From an uncultured Acidobacteriaceae bacterium (GTDB taxonomy: Bacteria; Acidobacteriota; Terriglobia; Terriglobales; Acidobacteriaceae), in assembly GCA_963786075.1 (NCBI GenBank), contig CAWAYA010000006.1, positions 36,075-100,074 of the forward strand: a stretch of DNA of 64,000 bases, in the 5' to 3' direction. The notes under the pieces were generated by a model. It saw only the letters and a program-made list of their open reading frames with translations, was not told the origin of the DNA and searched no databases. Positions 59,909 through 64,000 of the stretch are shown here, piece by piece; the first letter of the stretch is position 1, and each line of letters opens with the position of its first letter. Made by a program: the position numbers and the translations under genes.

Positions 59909-61432
59909 ATGCCCGGTTCATTCTTTTCCCGCGCGGCCGCGCTTCCTCGGCAGCGCCTTTTCATCTTCTCGGTCGTAGCTCTTGTCCTGGCCGCGACTAC
60001 CTGCCTAGTGCCCCAACAGACGGCGGCCCAAAAAGTCGACAATTCCGTCTCCAAGCCTGCGGCAGAAAAATCCACTCCCAATCCGGACGACTCTGCTTCC
60101 GCGTCGCGTCAAACTCTGGCGCAGTTCAACGATGCCCTGGAGAACCTCGCTGCAAAAGTCTCCCCCGCAGTCGTCCAGATTGTTGTAACCGGCTACGGCC
60201 CGTTCCATGAAGAAAGCCGCTCTGAGACCGCGCTCATCGTCCGCCAGCACGCCGTTGGCTCCGGCGTCATTGTCGATCCCAACGGTTACATCATGACCAA
60301 CGCGCATGTAGTCGAAGGCGCACAACGCATTCGCGTAGCCTTGCCCCTGCCTATCGATACCGCCCACTCCCTGGCCGCGGGCAGGCGCCACATCCTTGAA
60401 GCCCGCCTCGTCGGCGTGCACAAGGAAACTGATCTCGCCCTCCTCAAGATCGACGAGAAAGATCTCCCGACGCTGGTCCTGCTCTCGCAGCAACGTCCCC
60501 GCGTAGGCCAATTGGTGTTTGCCATCGGTAGTCCCGAGGGTTTGCAAAACTCCGTCACCATGGGAGTGGTCAGCGCCGTGGCGCGCCAGGCCGATCCCGA
60601 CAAGCCCATCACCTACATCCAGACGGACGCTCCCATTAACCCCGGCAACAGCGGCGGCCCGCTCGTCGATATGAACGGAGCCGTCGTCGGCATCAACACT
60701 TTCATTCTCTCCGAAGGCGGAGGCAGCGAGGGCCTGGGCTTCGCCATTCCCGCCCGCATCGTCGATTTCGTCTATCGCAGCCTGCGCAAATACGGCCACG
60801 TGCATCGCACCGAGATCGGAGCCGTCGCTCAGGAAATCACACCCACCATGGCCGACGGCCTCAAGCTCAGCCAGCGCTGGGGAGTCATCATCGCCGACGT
60901 CAAGCCCGGCGGCCCCGCCGCCACCGCCGGTCTTCAGATTCAGGACATCGTGCTCGCTGCCGATGAGCGGCGCATCGAAACGCTTCCCCAGCTTTCTTCC
61001 GCCCTCTATCTGCATCGCCTCGATCAGGTGCTGAAGCTCGAAGTCCTGCGCGGCGACCAGAAGTTAACTCTCTACGTCCCGGCCATCGAGCATCGCGATG
61101 AGATGGATCAGCTCTTCGACGCTGCCGATCCCGAAAAAAATCTGATCTCCCGCCTCGGCATTCTGGCTACCGATTTAACTGATGACCTGCGCAACAAAAT
61201 CGGCACGCTGCGCATTCCCTCCGGTGTCGTCGTGCTCGGCCGCGCCGCCGACTTGATCCTGCCCGATACCGGCCTCGAAACCGGCGACATCATCCACGCC
61301 CTCAACACCACTCCCATCACATCCATGGACGCGCTGCGCGCCGCCCTCCTCACCCTAAAGACCGGCTCCGCCGTGGTCCTACAAGTCGAACGCTCCGACG
61401 GCCTCACTTACTTGAGTTTCGAGTTGGAGTAG
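59909..61432 (+). CDS. HtrA/DegP-family periplasmic serine protease with two PDZ domains
   Basis: Signal/anchor segment. TNAHVV (His), DLALLKI (Asp), TDAPINPGNSGGPLVD (Ser). Two PDZ-like segments. Confidence 0.9.
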   Translation: MPGSFFSRAAALPRQRLFIFSVVALVLAATTCLVPQQTAAQKVDNSVSKPAAEKSTPNPDDSASASRQTLAQFNDALENLAAKVSPAVVQIVVTGYGPFHEESRSETALIVRQHAVGSGVIVDPNGYIMTNAHVVEGAQRIRVALPLPIDTAHSLAAGRRHILEARLVGVHKETDLALLKIDEKDLPTLVLLSQQRPRVGQLVFAIGSPEGLQNSVTMGVVSAVARQADPDKPITYIQTDAPINPGNSGGPLVDMNGAVVGINTFILSEGGGSEGLGFAIPARIVDFVYRSLRKYGHVHRTEIGAVAQEITPTMADGLKLSQRWGVIIADVKPGGPAATAGLQIQDIVLAADERRIETLPQLSSALYLHRLDQVLKLEVLRGDQKLTLYVPAIEHRDEMDQLFDAADPEKNLISRLGILATDLTDDLRNKIGTLRIPSGVVVLGRAADLILPDTGLETGDIIHALNTTPITSMDALRAALLTLKTGSAVVLQVERSDGLTYLSFELE

Positions 61433-61585
61433 AACAGTCGGGCTCACGCACGTTTCCGCCGCCACCGGCGTGGCTGCCCCATTTCTCGCGCACTTTGCGA
61501 GAAGTGGGAATTCGTAAGGCATGCAGCAAACGGTTTAGATCGCCAGTCCACACCCCAAACTCAGCGTCGCGAACCAAATTTGCCG

Positions 61586-61591
61586 TAAAAT
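61586..61591 (+). promoter_or_regulatory. candidate -10 box (TAAAAT) for tRNA-Arg
   Basis: TAAAAT ends 8 nt before the first tRNA nucleotide (61600). No clear -35. Confidence 0.35.
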
Positions 61592-61599
61592 ACATCCAC

Positions 61600-61676
61600 G
61601 CGCCCGTAGCTCAACTGGATAGAGCATCTGCCTTCGGAGCAGAGGGTTGGGAGTTCGAGTCTCTCCGGGCGCACCA
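61600..61676 (+). tRNA. tRNA-Arg (anticodon UCG), CCA encoded
   Basis: Cloverleaf folded by hand: acceptor GCGCCCG/CGGGCGC, D arm GCTC-AACTGGATA-GAGC, anticodon arm TCTGC-CTTCGGA-GCAGA (U33, anticodon TCG at 61634-61636), T arm GGGAG-TTCGAGT-CTCTC, discriminator A, CCA. Confidence 0.9.
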
Positions 61677-61701
61677 GATTTTTTCAGCAGGCGCAGCCGC
61701 T

Positions 61702-63558
61702 CTAGAATGCCCCTCCGCCACCGCCGCCGAATCCGCCGCCGGAAAACCCTCCGCCCCCGCCGAACCCGCCGCCGCCGCCCCATCCCGACCCCGTAGAGCT
61801 GGCCCGCGGCGCCGAGACGAATACCTGATGCATATCCGTCGCCATGCCATGCATCGCTGAAGAAAACAAAATGGGATTGAAGGCCATGCCGTATCCGTAG
61901 CCGGCGGGCGCCGCGTACCAACTCGGCGGATCTTTTACTATGCCAGAGAAAGCCTGTGCCCAGTGGTTTTCCACGCCCAGCGCCATGGCGTATGGCAGGA
62001 ATTTCTCGAAAGTATTGGGCGGCATCGTCTTGAGACGCTCGGCGTCGACGCGGTTCATGAATTCCTGAAATCCCAGCACGGCAATGTGAATGCGGGACCC
62101 TTTCAGGGTCTTCGCCGTCATCTCCCGGGCAAAGAGCCACCAGATCACGGCCGCGATCAGCAGCGACACGATCAGCACGGGGATGGAACTGAAGAAATCC
62201 GCCCATCGCATGTACTGGAAGATGGCGAATGGCAGCAGGATGCAGAAAGCTGCTCCGGCGCTGTAGCCGTTTGCCGAGTCGGGATCGAGCCGGTAAATTC
62301 CTTTCTGCCTGAGTGCCGACATGATGTCAGTGCGAATTACGGGCACGGCGGTGTAGAAGCGGTTTCTCAAGCTGGAGAGGCGCGTCTCAGACACGCCACC
62401 CACGAAAATGTTCGTCAGCATCACGAGTTCGTGCGGCGCCAGGTTCTCGCCAGCCCACTGAGGCATGGGCTTGAGCAGATGGAAGATGTAATCCTTGTTG
62501 TGGAAGAGGAGGCCTTTTTCGTCCGTCTCTTCGATCTTCAGAAAGCCGCGCACAGCAAGATCGACAATGGTCGATGTAATATCGCGGGGATGAATGCTGT
62601 CGTCAAGCAAAGTTCCTGCCTCGGCAGGACAAATTCCCTCCGGCGGTTCATACATAGGCGCGACCGACATGCCGGGGTCGGGATCGCGGCCTTTGTACCA
62701 CCACAGCGGAAGCATCACGGCGAGCGTAACCACCGGCAGGAAAACCGCGGGATTGCCCCCGATGAACCAGAACAGTCTGGTAAGCCATCCGGGCTCATGG
62801 AGAATTCCTTTGGGAATGTAAACGTCGATGGTCAGGCCGCCGCGCATGGGCAGGGGATTATTGGTTTCAAACTCGGCAGTCGAGCCCTCCACCTTGGCGG
62901 TTGCGTCGCGCTCAGTCGAGCCGTAGACGCCGGTGAAGGCCTGCGCGCGCAGCGAGCCGCTGGCCGCCTCCGGGAAGTGCACGCTGGCGCTGGCGTGATC
63001 GATGGGCACGGGCCAGTCGTTCCCGGTCACGTTCCAGTAGAACTCGTCGTATTGATCGAAGAAGCGCGTGCCATTGCGCACTCGATAAGCGATCTCCACG
63101 ATGCGCGTGTCATTCACGGCGTTCGGAATATAGATTTTGAGATCGCGATAGTCGCCCGAGATCGAAGAGTCATACTTCAGCTTGGCGCCATTTTCATCGG
63201 TGATGCTCGTGACATCGAGGAAGAGGTGGTAGCCGGTTCCGTTCGCTCCGGGATATTCAATGGGAATCGTCCGATGAATGCCGTGCCACTCGCCTACGAA
63301 GTTCAGACTGATGGTCTCGTTGACCAGGGCGCTGCCGTCGGGATTGACGGTAATAGTGTCCTCAAAGTCGGAAACGCGCCAAGACTTGGCAGCGAGCGGA
63401 AGAGTGAAGGCAACGATTGTGACAAAGAGAAACAGCGTCGCTCGTGCTGGATAGAAAATGCGACTCCCGGGGCTGAAGCCGGCATCGATGCCGGATGCGT
63501 TACGCGGCGCTGAAAGTCCGCTCTTCCATGTGACTGCGTGTGTTCTCGAGTCGGCCAA
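61702..63558 (-). CDS. DUF2207-domain membrane protein with Gly-rich C-terminus
   Basis: WRVSDFEDTITVNPDGSALVNETISLNFVGEWHGIHRTIP N-domain. Several TM helices. Tail GGGGGFGGGGGFSGGGFGGGGGGAF. The start is probably downstream of 63558. Confidence 0.8.
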   Translation of the reverse strand: MADSRTHAVTWKSGLSAPRNASGIDAGFSPGSRIFYPARATLFLFVTIVAFTLPLAAKSWRVSDFEDTITVNPDGSALVNETISLNFVGEWHGIHRTIPIEYPGANGTGYHLFLDVTSITDENGAKLKYDSSISGDYRDLKIYIPNAVNDTRIVEIAYRVRNGTRFFDQYDEFYWNVTGNDWPVPIDHASASVHFPEAASGSLRAQAFTGVYGSTERDATAKVEGSTAEFETNNPLPMRGGLTIDVYIPKGILHEPGWLTRLFWFIGGNPAVFLPVVTLAVMLPLWWYKGRDPDPGMSVAPMYEPPEGICPAEAGTLLDDSIHPRDITSTIVDLAVRGFLKIEETDEKGLLFHNKDYIFHLLKPMPQWAGENLAPHELVMLTNIFVGGVSETRLSSLRNRFYTAVPVIRTDIMSALRQKGIYRLDPDSANGYSAGAAFCILLPFAIFQYMRWADFFSSIPVLIVSLLIAAVIWWLFAREMTAKTLKGSRIHIAVLGFQEFMNRVDAERLKTMPPNTFEKFLPYAMALGVENHWAQAFSGIVKDPPSWYAAPAGYGYGMAFNPILFSSAMHGMATDMHQVFVSAPRASSTGSGWGGGGGFGGGGGFSGGGFGGGGGGAF

Positions 63559-63594
63559 CGTTGATCCTCTGTTCGTCCCTAGGGCGAGGCCCGC

Positions 63595-63984
63595 CTACGG
63601 CGGACTCAAATGCTCGGGCAGCTCCATTGCGAATTTGCGCCGCACTTCCTCGCGCAGCCAGGCCTCCGCTTCCGGCCTGGAGCGGAAGGCGTGCGTCGAC
63701 CATCCGGGACGCTCCGTCAGTATCTCCCACATGCGCGACATCCCGAAGCCAACGTCGTAAGGAGAGACAACCGCGGTGATCAGCTCGGGTAGCACGGCGG
63801 CCAGGCGATCGTCCTGCTGCCGGATCGTCCGGATTTCCTCCGCCGAAATGTCCATCGTGGTCTCAGTCTCGTCGATCAGCACCCAGCGCACGCCCTCATA
63901 TTGTTTGCCACTCAGGATACGTTCATTATTGGCGATCAGTTCCTTCCCGCTGAGAAGGCCACGGCACACCCAAAGCCGGCCCAT
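63595..63984 (-). CDS. hypothetical protein (possibly 5'-partial)
   Basis: 129-codon ORF. The frame stays open upstream of ATG 63984 to the window edge (..ILQEG-M), so the true start may lie outside. No family recognised. Confidence 0.5.
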   Translation of the reverse strand: MGRLWVCRGLLSGKELIANNERILSGKQYEGVRWVLIDETETTMDISAEEIRTIRQQDDRLAAVLPELITAVVSPYDVGFGMSRMWEILTERPGWSTHAFRSRPEAEAWLREEVRRKFAMELPEHLSPP

Positions 63985-64000
63985 GCCTTCCTGCAGAATG

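Noticed and set aside
61535-62206. 223-aa minus-strand ORF spanning the tRNA-Arg and the DUF2207 3' end
   Set aside because: It overlaps a well-folded tRNA and is out of frame with the DUF2207 gene. The sequence is low-complexity Arg/Gly-rich.
61600-63558. Genomic island integrated at tRNA-Arg
   Set aside because: There is no integrase, no direct repeat of the tRNA 3' end downstream, and the flanking genes are ordinary. The DUF2207 gene simply converges on the tRNA.

Overview
This is a 64-kb, high-GC chromosomal segment. Its gene content points to Acidobacteriota, by inference only: two >1200-aa CarboxypepD_reg/TonB-dependent-receptor-like outer-membrane proteins, an acidobacterial-type VWFA protein, YXWGXW-repeat proteins, DUF2207 and a split ATP-synthase operon. 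I call about 58 protein-coding genes or gene remnants and one tRNA-Arg(UCG). No rRNA, CRISPR array, transposase or integrase is visible. The left ~7.8 kb looks accessory: a 5'-partial AT-richer ORF coupled to a secreted DUF1906-like protein, an orphan YceI fragment, tandem YXWGXW paralogues, Ig-fold lipoproteins and a decayed vapBC pair. The rest is mostly housekeeping (pfkA, hfq-hflX, ATP synthase b'-b-delta-alpha-gamma-beta-epsilon, serS, pyrD, msrA, map, hbd, pruA, htrA) mixed with envelope/EPS genes, notably a 1169-aa GH18-like + CE4 deacetylase + processive GT2 fusion protein. The most unusual signal is non-coding. At least 13 intergenic spacers carry short-period tandem repeat arrays, mostly 7 or 14 nt. 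Several arrays are followed by their own inverted complement, and several butt directly against start or stop codons, including three consecutive intercistronic spacers of the ATP synthase operon. Two unit types recur at unlinked loci. In form this resembles the heptameric STRR repeats of heterocystous cyanobacteria. From the sequence alone I cannot tell whether it has been described for this lineage. All family names come from recognising motifs by eye; no searches were run.
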